A stretch of 61,963 nt of DNA, counting the filler, from Dugesia japonica (Eukaryota): assembly GCA_001938525.1 (NCBI GenBank). It is 6 parts of 6 records of this genome, joined end to end, with 100 filler letters (N's around TTAATTAATTAA, not from the genome) between each part and the next. Parts side by side here need not be neighbours in the genome. Positions count along the whole stretch, not along the records: positions 9,533 to 19,684 come from MQRL01478588.1; positions 19,785 to 32,149 come from MQRL01607966.1; 4 more parts are not named here. One strand, given 5' to 3'. How positions within the stretch are numbered: position 1 is the stretch's first letter; every line of letters starts with the position of its first letter. Position numbers and translations under genes: made by a program. Below the pieces are notes generated by a model, which did no database searches, was not told where the DNA came from, and saw nothing but the letters and a program-made list of their open reading frames with translations. Shown here one piece after another: positions 13,901 to 26,340 of the stretch.

Positions 13901-14899
13901 TTAAAGTTTCTGCAATGAGATAAAATCTGATCCATAAAACACTAGAAAGTTTAAGCAGCATTCCTTTATTTAAAAGACATAAAATTATAATCATATAGTC
14001 CAAATGATTTTTCATAATTTTGTAATTTACATAAGGTTTTATTCTAATTATTGTACTCAAGCATCCGTGTGTTTCTTTATGTTAATATATTAAAGTATAT
14101 TCATTTAACCTCACAATTACTTTGATAATTTTAAAATTGTTGTACTAAATTTAGATAAAAATTTTATTCAACAATACAAAGTTTTTGTTTTAATTTTATA
14201 ATAAAGCAAGGAAGAAAGAAAATAAGTATAAAACTGAAAACGAATTTAATATGGATTTCTAACATTTTAATAGTTTTCCAAGCTCCACGAATGCTAGATG
14301 TGTCAATATGATAAAGAATTTCACTAATCACAATTGGCACTAAAAATTTTCTGTAAAATTTTATTGATTTTTGTTTACTTTTCAAATAGACAATATATGC
14401 TAAATTCTCTATAGGAAATTAATGAGTTTATAATGAGTTAAATTCAATTTCTTAAGTGGAATTTCGTAATTTTCGAATGTAAAACTAATAAAATTAATTA
14501 ATAATGAAAATATTTTCTGATTATTTAATCTAAAATATTTATCTAATTGCAATTATTCAAATCTAATACTGTATAATAATAATATCTTATTATTTATTAA
14601 TGATTTTTGGAAAGAACTATGATATCAGGTTGTGTGTTACAACAAAATACAAAATAAAGAAATTAGCTCAATATTTTCTCACATTTATTAAAAAATGGTT
14701 AGTAAATGTACAATAATATATTACATTAAGAAAACACTTATGTTAAATTTTTAAAATTATGTTCATTACAATAATTACGCAAATAAGAGAATTTGTAATC
14801 AATTATAAATGTTTTTAAATAATTATTGCGAGAAATGTAATAATCGTGTTGGAAATTTAATGAAAAAAAAATACTAAATGATATATTTCAAGTGTAAAA

Positions 14900-15390
14900 C
14901 AGTGGTTCTCAACTTTCCTTATGCCGTGACCCTTTAATGTAGTTTCTTATGTTGTGGTGACCTCAAACAAAAATATATTTTCTTTGCCACTTTATAACAG
15001 TAATTTTGCTACTTTGATGAGTCGTAACGTAAATATCTGATTTCCAGTATTTTCATTATTCTAAATTGTATATTATGTGAACCAATAATTTTTTTGAGGA
15101 AATTATGATTGGTGACATCCTTACGTGGAAAAGTATTACATTAAACGTATTACGTACTCCTGTTTTTGAAGTGGTATATATGCTGGAAGTAGCGCTAATA
15201 TATCCCCACATTGTGTACTCTTGTGTGAATGTATATACCTGTTAAATGTTCTATCTGGAGNCAGATAGAAAATAGGTATCTCAATTCTTAAGATATTAGG
15301 AATGGCATGTTTTCATATGGTCTTAGGTGACCCCGTGAAAGTGTCATTTGATTCTCAATGGGGTCGAGATTCACAGGTTTAGAACCACTG
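14900..15390 (+). mobile_element. Non-autonomous hAT (Charlie-type) element resembling SPIN/URR1
   Basis: TIRs CAGTGGTTCTCAAC and GTTTAGAACCACTG; 8-bp TSD gtgtaaaa/gtgcaaaa (7/8). Both subterminal regions follow the recalled SPIN/URR1 MITE consensus. Confidence 0.85.
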
Positions 15391-15780
15391 GTGCAAAAAG
15401 ATGGTTTTAAAAAAAATTCCTAAAACTTCCAAATAAATTTTTTGTTTGAAGTAAAATAGTTTTAGATTCTTTTAGATTGTTTTATCCTTTGAATTACAAT
15501 TTGTTTGTTTTATTTTGTTTCTGTATCTCATAACTACACAATTAAGCCTTGTTTTCTTCAAATATTCAGTCGAATAATCTAAAACCAAATACTAAATAAT
15601 GACTGAATTTGTAAATTGAACTTTTAAATTAGGGAGTTTTAAACCAATATTTATTACTACGAATAAAACCCTTTAAATGTTCACCAATAGCGACATTTAA
15701 AATTAGGTTTAACTAATTATTGAAATCAAATCCGTCTTTTAAAGCATAATTTCTATTAATTAAATTAATTTATTAATTNT

Positions 15781-16145
15781 CGGATACTATCGATTAGTAT
15801 GACTCATACTATTAAATAGTATGACAATAAAAAAAATTCTAGGTTATATTAATTTGAAGCTATAACAAAATTTTATATTTTAATAAAACTAAATAAAATA
15901 TTATTATTAAATATTAATAATTCATCAGCTAAATCGAAAACATCCGGCTCGAAAGCAATATTTTTCTTATTGGTGATTGAAATNNNNNNNNNNNNNNNNN
16001 NNNNNNNNNNNNNAAATATAAACATATAATGATACTTTTAGACTAATTTATTAATTTCTATTAGACTAGTTATATTATTTATTAGTATGACTAAAAAATA
16101 GGTAGTCATATTATTCGAGACAAATTCATTATTCGATAGTATCCG
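15781..16145. mobile_element. MITE with 13-bp TIR CGGATACTATCGA
   Basis: Perfect inverted repeat at 15781-15793 and 16133-16145, with internal repeated tagtatgact motifs. Confidence 0.65.
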
Positions 16146-16699
16146 TTATATATAATTCCAACTGGCGTGTACAAATATATAACCTTTATATTATAACCAT
16201 TACATTATATATAACCACTTAGTAAGTAGAACCAGTTTTCTTGAATACATTTAACTATGCGATGAAAAACTTTTTGAAATATTGATTTAACATCAAAATA
16301 GAATTAGTATTTGTTGATTATTATCGACATGTATGTGAGTTTCTATCATTTTCTCCACAAGTAGATGGCTTTTACTCAAAATTATTTTTCTTATCCTTTT
16401 GAAATAAGTAAATAAACCTNNNNNNNNNNNNNNNNNNNNNNNNNNNNNNNNNNNNNNNNNNNNNNNNNNNNNNNNNNNNNNNNNNNNNNNNNNNNNNNNN
16501 NNNNNNNNNNNNNNNTTTTTTTATAACAATATCCAATTTAAAACACATGAATTTATTTAATTGAATAATTTATATATATACTGATGTTTCATCTGTTATA
16601 GTGAAAATACAGCGCAATATACATGATATATAATTTATTTGTATATAACAGTAAAGCGAAAGTTTACGAAAATATTTGATTGCTATTATTTGTTGTCCT

Positions 16700-17770
16700 C
16701 AACTTATTTAAAATCCATTAAAAGTATTGAAAATTTATTAAAGTTTTTGCAAGCAAATGGATATAATAAACAGTTTTTAAGTTAATTGACTTCGCAGACA
16801 ATTGAAAAAATTTTTGTTGGTAATAATATTGATTTTGATAAAAAGACTGAAAATGTGTTGAATAATTTGAACCTGATAACACTTTGTCCAACTGTATTGG
16901 GCCATTTGTTTTATCGATTCCTTATTCTGAAGGTTTTAAAAAGTTTAAGAATTCGATTTTTAAAGCTGCTATGGATCTTCATTCTTTGAAAATTGTTTCT
17001 ACTTCTCATAAGATTGTTGATAGCTTTGTTATTAAATTTCATACAACAATTGGTTTGTGTTCTAACCTTGTTTATCCATTTTAATGTAATGGGTACAATG
17101 CCACATACATTGGAGTGACTGTCCCTTATCTCTGTATAAGGGTTCAAGAACATAATCGTTTTGGTGGAAGTAGAAATATTGCTGAGCATAAAAATAAAAA
17201 TAAAAGTAATTGTAATGCAAATGTTGAAATTTCAAATTTTAAAATTTTATCTATTTAAGAATTACTGGGAGAGAGTGTTGTATGAGATATTTGTGATTAG
17301 ATTTCATAATCCAAGCATTAATGTACAAACAGCTCGTTCGACTAAATTGATTAAAAATTTTTAAATTTTTTAGACAAAAAAGTTTTCAATTTTTGAGATT
17401 TTAATATATTTTCATGTTTTTATAGGTTTTGTATTTAATTTTAAAATAATATAAAATTAAAAATTTCACATATTTTTGAAAAACGTATTGTATTTATAGG
17501 TTTAAATAGTAATTTTAATAAAATATTATTATAGAAAAAAATTTTATTAGATTATGAATTAATTTTACATTTAAAAATTTTTGAAAAAATTTTAAAATTA
17601 TGAATTGGCAAAAATTAAGATTTATAGCCGTCTTATATTCAGTATAATTGCATTAACCTTTGTTTGAATAATGTAGACTGAATAAACTCATTTTTCATTT
17701 TTGTCTGATGATGACGGTTGATCCGTCGAAATATATCATAATAAAGTTTTATTTTAAAATATGAAATTAT
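16700..17770 (+). mobile_element. Penelope-like retroelement 3' remnant (GIY-YIG endonuclease plus 3' region)
   Basis: Degenerate NLVYPF*CNGYNATYIG...RVQEH motif; paralogous to 54320-55245; hammerhead motif at the 3' end. Confidence 0.85.
17701..17741 (+). ncRNA. Minimal type-I hammerhead ribozyme motif
   Basis: TTGT-CTGATGA-T-GACGG(ttgat)CCGTC-GAAA-TATA-TC-ATAA: intact core, stem II, palindromic stem III, AUC cleavage triplet and 4-bp stem I. Confidence 0.8.
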
Positions 17771-19684
17771 TTCATAAAAGTGGCATTTTAATTAGATAAT
17801 ATTTTCACAATTAATTCATCTTAATCAACATACACCAACTTTTTACAATTATTTGTCTTGGGCCTTATTAATGGTCATAGAAAATGCCAATATTACTGGA
17901 AAATTGTGAGTATATAAATTAAGATTTATAAGATTTAGATTTATAAGTTTAAGATTTACAAGCTTCAAATTTAAAACCTTAAAAATTATAAGCTTATTAG
18001 GATTTATAAGCTTAAAATATTTTGTTTAACGGAACTGCGTTCCAAAGTCAGTCAGTGAGTGAATTGGGTAATTATATTAAATATAGAGATACTACATTAT
18101 GATGTCGTATTTCTATTTATTAGTCTTCTTNNNNNNNNNNNNNNNNNNNNNNNNNNNNNNNNNNNNNNNNNNNNNNNTTTTTTTTCTTTAAAATATATTA
18201 ATTAACAAAGAAATAATTAACAAAATGCAAAAACATTTATCTATTACTATATATGAAGTGCAAGATCTACTAGATTTGCGTTAACTAAACATTTTCATAA
18301 AATGAAACATTAGTTTTGCAATATACATATGATACGCGTTATCGGTGGAAAAATAATGCAAAAATTCTTTACAAATTTTTTTTTAATATCTTAACGTTGA
18401 ATATTTTTGTTATTTTTAAATATATGTTAAAATAACCCAAGTATTTTGTTAAAATAAGAAAGATAAAAATATTGTCCAACTAAATCAAGTACCCAAAACA
18501 TCAAATTCTTTATCATCTCTGATACTCAGCAATAACAAAAGGATGATTATTTCTTATTCAATTAGATTGAGTTTTTTAAATTTCAATAAGAATAGATATT
18601 TATCTGCACTTAATTATATTTCATTCTCATTTTAATTAAACAAATTAAATATTATAGATTAAGAAAAATCGTGATTTTTAAAGAAATTTTTTTTGTTCGT
18701 ATATATAAACTACAAATTATAGAAAAAAACTGATTTTCATTCAAAACGAAATAAAACCGATTATTTGAAATTTTATTTATTTGAGTAAAATTATTAATTT
18801 TATTTTTATTATGTTATTTAATATTTTCAAAATGTTATTCCTAATACATGTACACCTTTAGATTCATAATTATCTATATGGATTTATATATTTAAATCAA
18901 TTTATGATTAATTTCTATTTTGATTAATTACAACAGCGGTGGGTAATGGGAAATTTTATTGATATACTTAAATTTATGATTGGAAAATATAATAAATGAA
19001 TCGTTTTGGCCTTTTAGTTCTGTCAATTACTTATAAAGGACAGTTTATATTTTAAGATAAGTAGTAAGATATGTCAGCCTAAATTCAGAACTTTTAAAAT
19101 AATTATTAAAACGAGTATATGTATGCTATGATGACAAACTAGATATTGATGAACTTGCAAAAGCTTCGGGAACATAAATTTTATGAATTTTGTGCCTAAA
19201 TTAATAAAAAATATATATAATTGTAGTTGATGACAATATTTGAGTGCTTACTTAAATAGCCTTGTTTTCAAATTTTAATATATATATATCAATATTTTGG
19301 AAATTTAAATTTAGAAAAAATATCATTTTTACTCTGTGGCCGATGTAAAAATAATTTTTGCTATGCAGTCGTTAATAGCTACAAGGTTGCTCACCTCTGA
19401 ATTAAAACTTTCATTTTTAATCCAATTTCAATTTATTATATCATCCTAAAATTAGATTATAGNNNNNNNNNNNNNNNNNNNNNNNNNNNNNNNNNNNNNN
19501 NNNNNNNNNNNNNNNNNNNNNNNNNNNNNNNNTTTACTAACAATATTAGGAAAACTTGTTGAATTTCGTTTGGCTAATTTCAGCACAAGAAAATTTTACG
19601 TGTTTAGTAATTGTTTTTTATTTTCAATTATGTAATTGAAATATTATCAGACCAGTAACTTTTTAAATTATATAACCGATGACT

Positions 19685-19784
19685 NNNNNNNNNNNNNNNN
19701 NNNNNNNNNNNNNNNNNNNNNNNNNNNNTTAATTAATTAANNNNNNNNNNNNNNNNNNNNNNNNNNNNNNNNNNNNNNNNNNNN
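19685..19784. other. Artificial contig-joining spacer
   Basis: TTAATTAATTAA at 19729-19740 between two 44-N runs. Confidence 0.97.
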
Positions 19785-19789
19785 GGGGC

Positions 19790-20110
19790 AGGTCTTTCTC
19801 TTAATAGATAGCATCGAAAGTATTTCTTGTGGAAAATTGTGACGGGGTGAAAATGGATACAATATTGTTTCTGAAACGATAAAAGTCATGGGGTAAATAC
19901 CGGAGAACCATCAATATCGGTCGCAAAACCCAATCGTTTTGGGAATAAGATATTGCTCTGCATATAATTGGATATTAAGGGCGTGCTATATTATAAGGTA
20001 TTGGAACCCGGTAAAACAGTTATTACAGATCGCTACCAAGACCGACTAATTCGATGGAGTAAACATTTGGAGCTAAAACGTCCGTTTAATGGAAAAGAAA
20101 AACGTTCTGT
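19790..20110 (+). mobile_element. Mariner transposase fragment
   Basis: FLWKIVTG..KWI..AKPNRFGNKILLCI..DIKGVLYY..LEPGKTV..RY..LELKRP, frameshifted. Confidence 0.85.
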
Positions 20111-20133
20111 AAATAAATATTTATATATATATA

Positions 20134-20382
20134 TGGGGTCTACCGATATCAGGGTTTCGGAAATATCGATATTTCATAATAAGTAAATTTTTTAAAATTA
20201 TCATGTTGATTTATAAATATCTCAAGAATTTAATATATCGATACCGATATCAATATTAGGATTAGAAAGCTTTTTAGGATGCTTAGAGTTTGGATGCAAT
20301 ACTGGAAAGTCATCAAATATGACCACTGGTTTTTGTCCTAACAAATACTAATATCGGCAAAAATGCATATCGGTAGACCCTT
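20134..20382. mobile_element. hAT-like MITE inserted in a (TA)n tract
   Basis: Perfect 14-bp TIR GGGTCTACCGATAT (20136-20149) and ATATCGGTAGACCC (20367-20380); TA repeats on both flanks. Confidence 0.75.
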
Positions 20383-21254
20383 AATATATATATAATAGTA
20401 CAAATAATTAAAATATTTGAATAAATTATGCAACATTTTACTAATGCATTCATACCTCACTATACGGCTTTGCGCTTTAACGTCCTATTTGAATTATGGC
20501 AAGTTTTTCGATTTACGACCCAAAATTTTTCGTTATTTGCGCAGGANAAAACAATGTACATATTTTACTGTTTTGTCGCTTTAGTATTAAAATAATTGTT
20601 TCGTTATATGACTATTTGCTTTGACACGTATCTAGAACGTAAAGAGAGGTATGAGTGCACCTAATTATTTTCTTTGAAATATTACATGGTTNNNNNNNNN
20701 NNNNNNNNNNNNNNNNNNNNNNNNNNNNNNNNNNNNNNNNNNNNNNNNNNNNNNNNNNNNNNNNNNNNNNNNNNNNNNNNNNNNNNNNNNNNNNNNNNNN
20801 NNNNNNNNNNNNNNNNNNNNNNNNNNNNNNNNNNNNNNNNNAAGCGCTTTATTAATCTGAATTTATCAATAAAAATATGAACAGCCAAATAAGTCTTTCT
20901 CAATCTTTAACTTTGCAAAAGAATATTTTTCAATAATTGTAGGTCGACCATAAATAGAATATGTAATGTTTAAACTTTAGTAGATTGAAATTATCACAAA
21001 ATAAACAATATAGTTTAGAAAAGTGCTTACTATAATAATGTAAAGCAATTTAAATACATGGTTTGCTTAGTACAATGATTAAGTAGCAAAAATTAAATTT
21101 TGAAGTTTTTATATGCAGAACATTCCTAAAAATTTGTCTTTGTAAATTAATCATGATAGATGTTATTTTGAATCATAAAAAACCTGATAAAATTTAGAAA
21201 AATTTGAAGAACTTCATAAAACAGATAAAAATATGAGTTAAATTAAATAATTTT

Positions 21255-21425
21255 ACAATTGCAATTATTGCGAGAATAATTATTGGACATAACATTGATC
21301 GTTTTTCAGAATTCATTAAAATAAAAGCTTCGATCGAAATTTGTTTTTTACTGTTTTTGATAATAATTTTGAATTATTATAAAAAACAAAAAAAACTAAT
21401 TTTGATCGAAGCTTTTATTATAAAT
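21255..21425. repeat. Back-to-back copies of an abundant short interspersed repeat (GATCGAAGCTTTTATTTTAATGAA...ATTATTCTCGCAATAATTG)
   Basis: Same family at about 22630-22825, 23491-23545, 32262-32575, 41775-41850, 43206-43290, 46480-46510 and 60780-60795. Confidence 0.8.
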
Positions 21426-23170
21426 TTATTTAAAAATAACTTGAAACTGTTTTTAATTTCTAAAAAATTATCCATTGATACATGGAACTAAATTTTTAAA
21501 GATAAATAAACGAAATCTTCCATAAATACAATTTTTAATTTGTATTCCAAAAAGTGATATTCATTGAGGTGGAATTTTTTAATGTTTAACTATGAAAGAG
21601 TGAAAAACTTATCTAATTAGTTGCAAATGAAGTAAATGGTTAAGTAAAGATGTAAACGATTACAAATATAAGAAAACTAATTTTAATTACAATACTTTTG
21701 GCATAGGAATTTATAAAAATTCAAAACCATTTTAAAACAATTTATAAAACTGTTATAAATTATAACAATTAAGTATTTCAAAATTATGGTAAATATAACA
21801 GTTTAGTGCATTATTAACAATGATTGAATTATTATTCCAATGACACAATATAATTGAAAAATAATAAAATATATCAACAGCTTATCGGATCAATGATTTA
21901 TAAATTTCTTAGTAACAATCAAACAATTAAGTTGTGTAATTATTTTAGATGTAAAGTTTTATTAATTACAATCTTAAAAATAAAAGATTTTATCAGAATG
22001 TTAAACAACTTACACTAAAAATACCAACCTCAGAGTCGTGTACTTTATTAATTACACTGCCCGGAGTTTTTTAACTTTAAATTTTATTCCAGATGAAAGG
22101 TATCTACCATATATATTTCGTTTGAGCGGATTCCAAATATAATATCAGTTTTTCTGTATCACGTCTTATTTTGGAGAAAATTCACTTTTTGAAAAACAGG
22201 AAATTTACATAAAAAGCACCTATAAATTTAAGCTGACACGTAACTTCGATACCAAAACTAAGTCAACTGATTTTTTATTTTAAAGTACTATCAAATTTTG
22301 AGCAGCCAGTAAAAATCCGCCATCATGCGCTCACCAGCACGGCTCTGGTATCGCTTTTCGATGGTACTTATCGTCTGGTGAAATATTTCACCATGTTCGT
22401 CATTAATTTTCCCAAAATCTTTAGGGAAAAAGCTCAGGTGGCACTTCAAGTAGTGTTAATAATTATTAAAGACTATCGAAAAATCTTTACAACTTTAATT
22501 ATTACTGGAATAGTTGTTGTACTCAATCATTGATCACATTTTATTAACGTTAAAATAAATTAAAAATTGTAAATCAAAAAGATTTTTCACTAATTTCTTG
22601 TTAGATATACAAAAAATTTACACTTTTCAGGTTTCATTAAAATAAAAGCTGCCATNAAATTATTTTGGTTTTTCATAGTATTTCGAATTTTCTACTTTGT
22701 CTTCGTCGAAAATTCGAAATATTATCAAAAACAAAAATAATATTGATGAAGCTTTTATTTTACTGAAATCTCAAAAACGATCAATGATTACATTTAACAA
22801 TTATTCTCGCAATAATTGTAAAACTACACTTTTTAATTTATTAAAAATAAAAAAATCATTCAAAAAGCATAAATATATATTTGACTAATAAGGAAAATCC
22901 AAAAATAATATTATTACAATTTTTGATATCAATAAATTTTTATTTAACCATTTTCTGTCTTATTATTACTTATTTATTTTCATATTAACCTTAAAAGAAT
23001 CTTTGAGACGTATCTAAATGCCTGTTATTACTTCATAGAATTTTCTATATATTGTAAAAAATACTTTTCCGTGATTAACAAAACTAGTTTCGAATAACAA
23101 CTGACTACTTTATTAATTAAATATAACCAGATAGCCAAGGGTTAATGAAAAAACAAAGTGTTCTCATTAG

Positions 23171-23793
23171 CAGGGCCGTCTTAAGAAATTCTGCGTTCGT
23201 AGGCTACTAAAACTAATGCGCCCCTCTTCGTGAGAAAATTCACAGAATAGCAAACGAGAGCGAAGTGTCCGGCAANNNNNNNNNNNNNNNNNNNNNNNNN
23301 NNNNNNNNNNNNNNNNNNNNNNNNNNNNNNNNNNNNNNNNNNNNNNNNNNNNNNNNNNNNNNNNNNNNNNNNNNNNNNNNNNNNNNNNNNNNNNNNNNNN
23401 NNNNNNNNNNNNNNNNNNNNNNNNNNNNNNNNNNNNNNNNNNNNNNNNNNNNNNNNNNNNNNNNNNNNNNNNNNNNNNNNNNNNNNNNNNATAAAACGAT
23501 CAATGGTTATGTCCAACAATTATTCTCGCAATAATTGCAATTGTCTATCGAAGTTTATGGCATCGTTTGTCATTCCAGCACATTAGAATATAGAAACCAG
23601 TTAAATATTTTAAGAAATTGTTTTAATTTAAAAATACGTGAAAACTAATAATATGAAAAATGAATTTTTATAAAACTAATAACTAAATGACTAATAATAA
23701 CAAAAAATATAAATCGCAAATAAAAATTGCCGCCCAAAAAGGCTTGCACCCTGGGGCTATAGTCCAGTTTGCCCTGTGGTTAGGGCGGCTCTG
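23171..23793. mobile_element. hAT-like non-autonomous element
   Basis: TIRs CAGGGCCGTCTTAA and (rc) CAGAGCCGCCCTAA; 8-bp TSD ctcattag/ctcattaa. Confidence 0.75.
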
Positions 23794-24215
23794 CTCATTA
23801 ATTTAACCACTTACCAGTTGTAATTTGGTACTAAATAGCAAAGAAAAGTACTAACGAGCACCCAGGAGAACTACACATATCTAACATGCCGCGATACACA
23901 GCCATTTTCAAACTAAAAGACCCCATTGCTGCGCATCATAGATAGGATGACGCAAGGAAANCAGTTNCCAGGACTTCAATATGGTCAATACGTGAAGGTG
24001 TTTCACAGACCGAAATAACCAACAATCAAATTTAGAATCTGTTAGCTGATTTTGAATTTCCCTTTGACGATCTAATGATGAAACTCTTCAAGAGCAGATA
24101 TTTCTAAAAGAAGTTGAAAGGACTTAGATATGCAAGAACCCAGACACAAAGTGTGGACTCTTCCTTGCACTAGAAAAGCGTAAAATTTTCTCTAAACAAA
24201 CATGAGCTAAGTTCA

Positions 24216-24313
24216 GTCGACACTGCTCTCGAGTATAGTACTAACTAGGTAGTGCTGCTTAACTTACGAGATCGAACGAAATAGGGTATATCTAAAATAG
24301 TATAAACGTCGAC
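24216..24313 (-). pseudogene. 5S rRNA pseudogene, internally deleted
   Basis: The reverse complement reads GTCGAC...CCCTATTTCGTTCGATCTCGTAAGTTAAGCAG...CCTAGTTAGTACT...GTGTCGAC. It retains the 5S GATCTCG/box A/TTAGTACT motifs and the terminal helix I, but is 98 nt and lacks the box C region. Confidence 0.8.
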
Positions 24314-24862
24314 ATATACTATACAAATATTTTTTCTAATGATTGAAACAAATATTGACAATTTCTTTTAAGTAGATAAAATTTTATCTATAAATTTATT
24401 TTATCAAGAACCTTTATCATAATAAATTCACCAGAAAGCATTGTCATTATAAATATTTAGCCTTTTTAATAGAAATGTCGTTTATTTATTATTAATATAA
24501 CCTAATTGATTCAGCTGGAATAAATATTTAAATAAAATTGGAAGAGCATAAGATACATTATATAAATATATAAAACTAAAAGGTAAATAAAATACAGTAA
24601 ATAGTTTTGTATAATTTGAAAATTTCACATACAAAATACTCTGCATAATAAAAAATTCCGCTTATAGAGAACAAAAACCACCTGTCCCGCATATATTCTT
24701 ATAAAACACGGTTCATTATAATTTAATAAATAATAAAAATTATATATTGCAATTATAAAATTTATTTATGTTTAAAATATAAAATTTATGAAATTTAATT
24801 TCATTACATTATTACAAAAATAATTTGTAAAGCAATTTAAATAAAGTTAATTATAAAATTAC

Positions 24863-24974
24863 TTTTAAAACTTTAATGACGCACTTCTCATTAGTCACCA
24901 CATTAACGCCTTCAAAAACTTCACTATATTTACCTCGACCAAGTTTTTTAACTATTTGATAATCATCCTGATTT
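24863..24974 (-). CDS. CSNK2A1: Casein kinase II alpha, coding exon 2
   Basis: 112-nt exon, (R)[37 protein letters not shown], with acceptor attcag and donor GTAATT. Contains the GRGKYS glycine-rich loop and the VIK lysine. Confidence 0.95.
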
Positions 24975-25017
24975 CTGAATTANAATTTAACGAGTTTTCT
25001 TCATAAATACGACAAAC

Positions 25018-25112
25018 CTCCACTCTACTTGATATGCCTCATAATCCCAATACTCTCTTGGTCGATTAACATTAACGTCAGCATAAATTCTAGATTTGCT
25101 TGTTACCGGCAT
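25018..25112 (-). CDS. CSNK2A1: Casein kinase II alpha, coding exon 1
   Basis: [31 protein letters not shown], followed by a 43-nt GT..AG intron (24975-25017). Later exons were not found in this contig. Confidence 0.95.
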
Positions 25113-26340
25113 TAATAGAGTACTGATTAAACGAAATAAACCAAATTTATTTGTCAATGTCCGTAAATTTAATCTTTGAATAGTAAATAGCAAAAAAATA
25201 AAATGTTTAAAACAGTCTGAAATTTAAGCTATACAATTATTACACTTTCGTATTGATTAATACGATCCAAGAAAACGAAAGAAAAATTTATCATTTTAAA
25301 TATAACGAGTTATTTAAAATAACTTAAACAATTTGATACATATAAACATGGAAGAAATTAAAAATTAAAAAAATCAAAAAAAACTTGAAGGTTATTGCGA
25401 ATAAAGATAAATTATTTCCTTTAAAAACTAAGTAATTTAAAGTTCATTCTTCATTTAACTAAAATTTTGCTATTAATAAAAAAAACTATGTAAAAAAGCT
25501 TTTGTATGAGCTTTAATTCTGATTGCTAAATAATCGTATCTGTCAGTATCAATTCATGAATTTCAAATATCTGAGATTTTTTATTTTCATTTATAATATT
25601 AAAATTGGTTTTTTGAAACTTTTAAAATATAAAACAGGTTTTTTAATGTTGGGTATTTCTACTCAACAAGTAATTTATGGTTCGATTATTTTATAACTAC
25701 TGATAGATAATATGTTTGTGAATTTACGGGTGTTGATTTTTCCCTTTATATGTTCGTACAGTATTATATAAACAATATCTTAATAAAATTTATAAATAAA
25801 GTTATATCGTGTATGCTTCCTATATAAATAACTAATAAATACCTTGAATAATTTATTTTTGATGTATAAGAAATACAAATGCAACCTTAAACCTTATTGG
25901 CAGTATTTTAGAAATAAGCTAGAGATGCCTTACCAGAGAGGTCGGATTCTAGCTGAATCAAAAGTTACTGGAAAATAGCTAAAACTGATCAGTATTTATA
26001 TTGATTTTACATACGTAGGCTATACACACATCAATGAATTGATCAAAATATAATTGTTACTAATAGATATTTTTTATAATAAAATAATCAATATTTACAG
26101 ACCATTAAATAAAATTAATTGTTCAAAATAAAATAGAATTATTATTCACATAAGTATTCAAGAAATAACACAGACAAAGTGAAAACAGAATCACATATTA
26201 TTGACTTTCAAGTTTATCGATCGGATCTTGAATTGGGTTGCATCGAATGTTGAAACAGAATTGATGTCCATTTGAATCTATCAGGTGTTGATTCGAATCT
26301 CATGTCAAGATTGATGTTTATGTCATTGTTTTTGTTGTGT

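Noticed and set aside
25647-25668. TGTTGGGT..CAACA as the 3' terminus of the Gypsy element
   Set aside because: No PPT, LTR start or TSD could be identified. Similar TGTTGGGT motifs at 119 and 6423 appear internal to another repeat.
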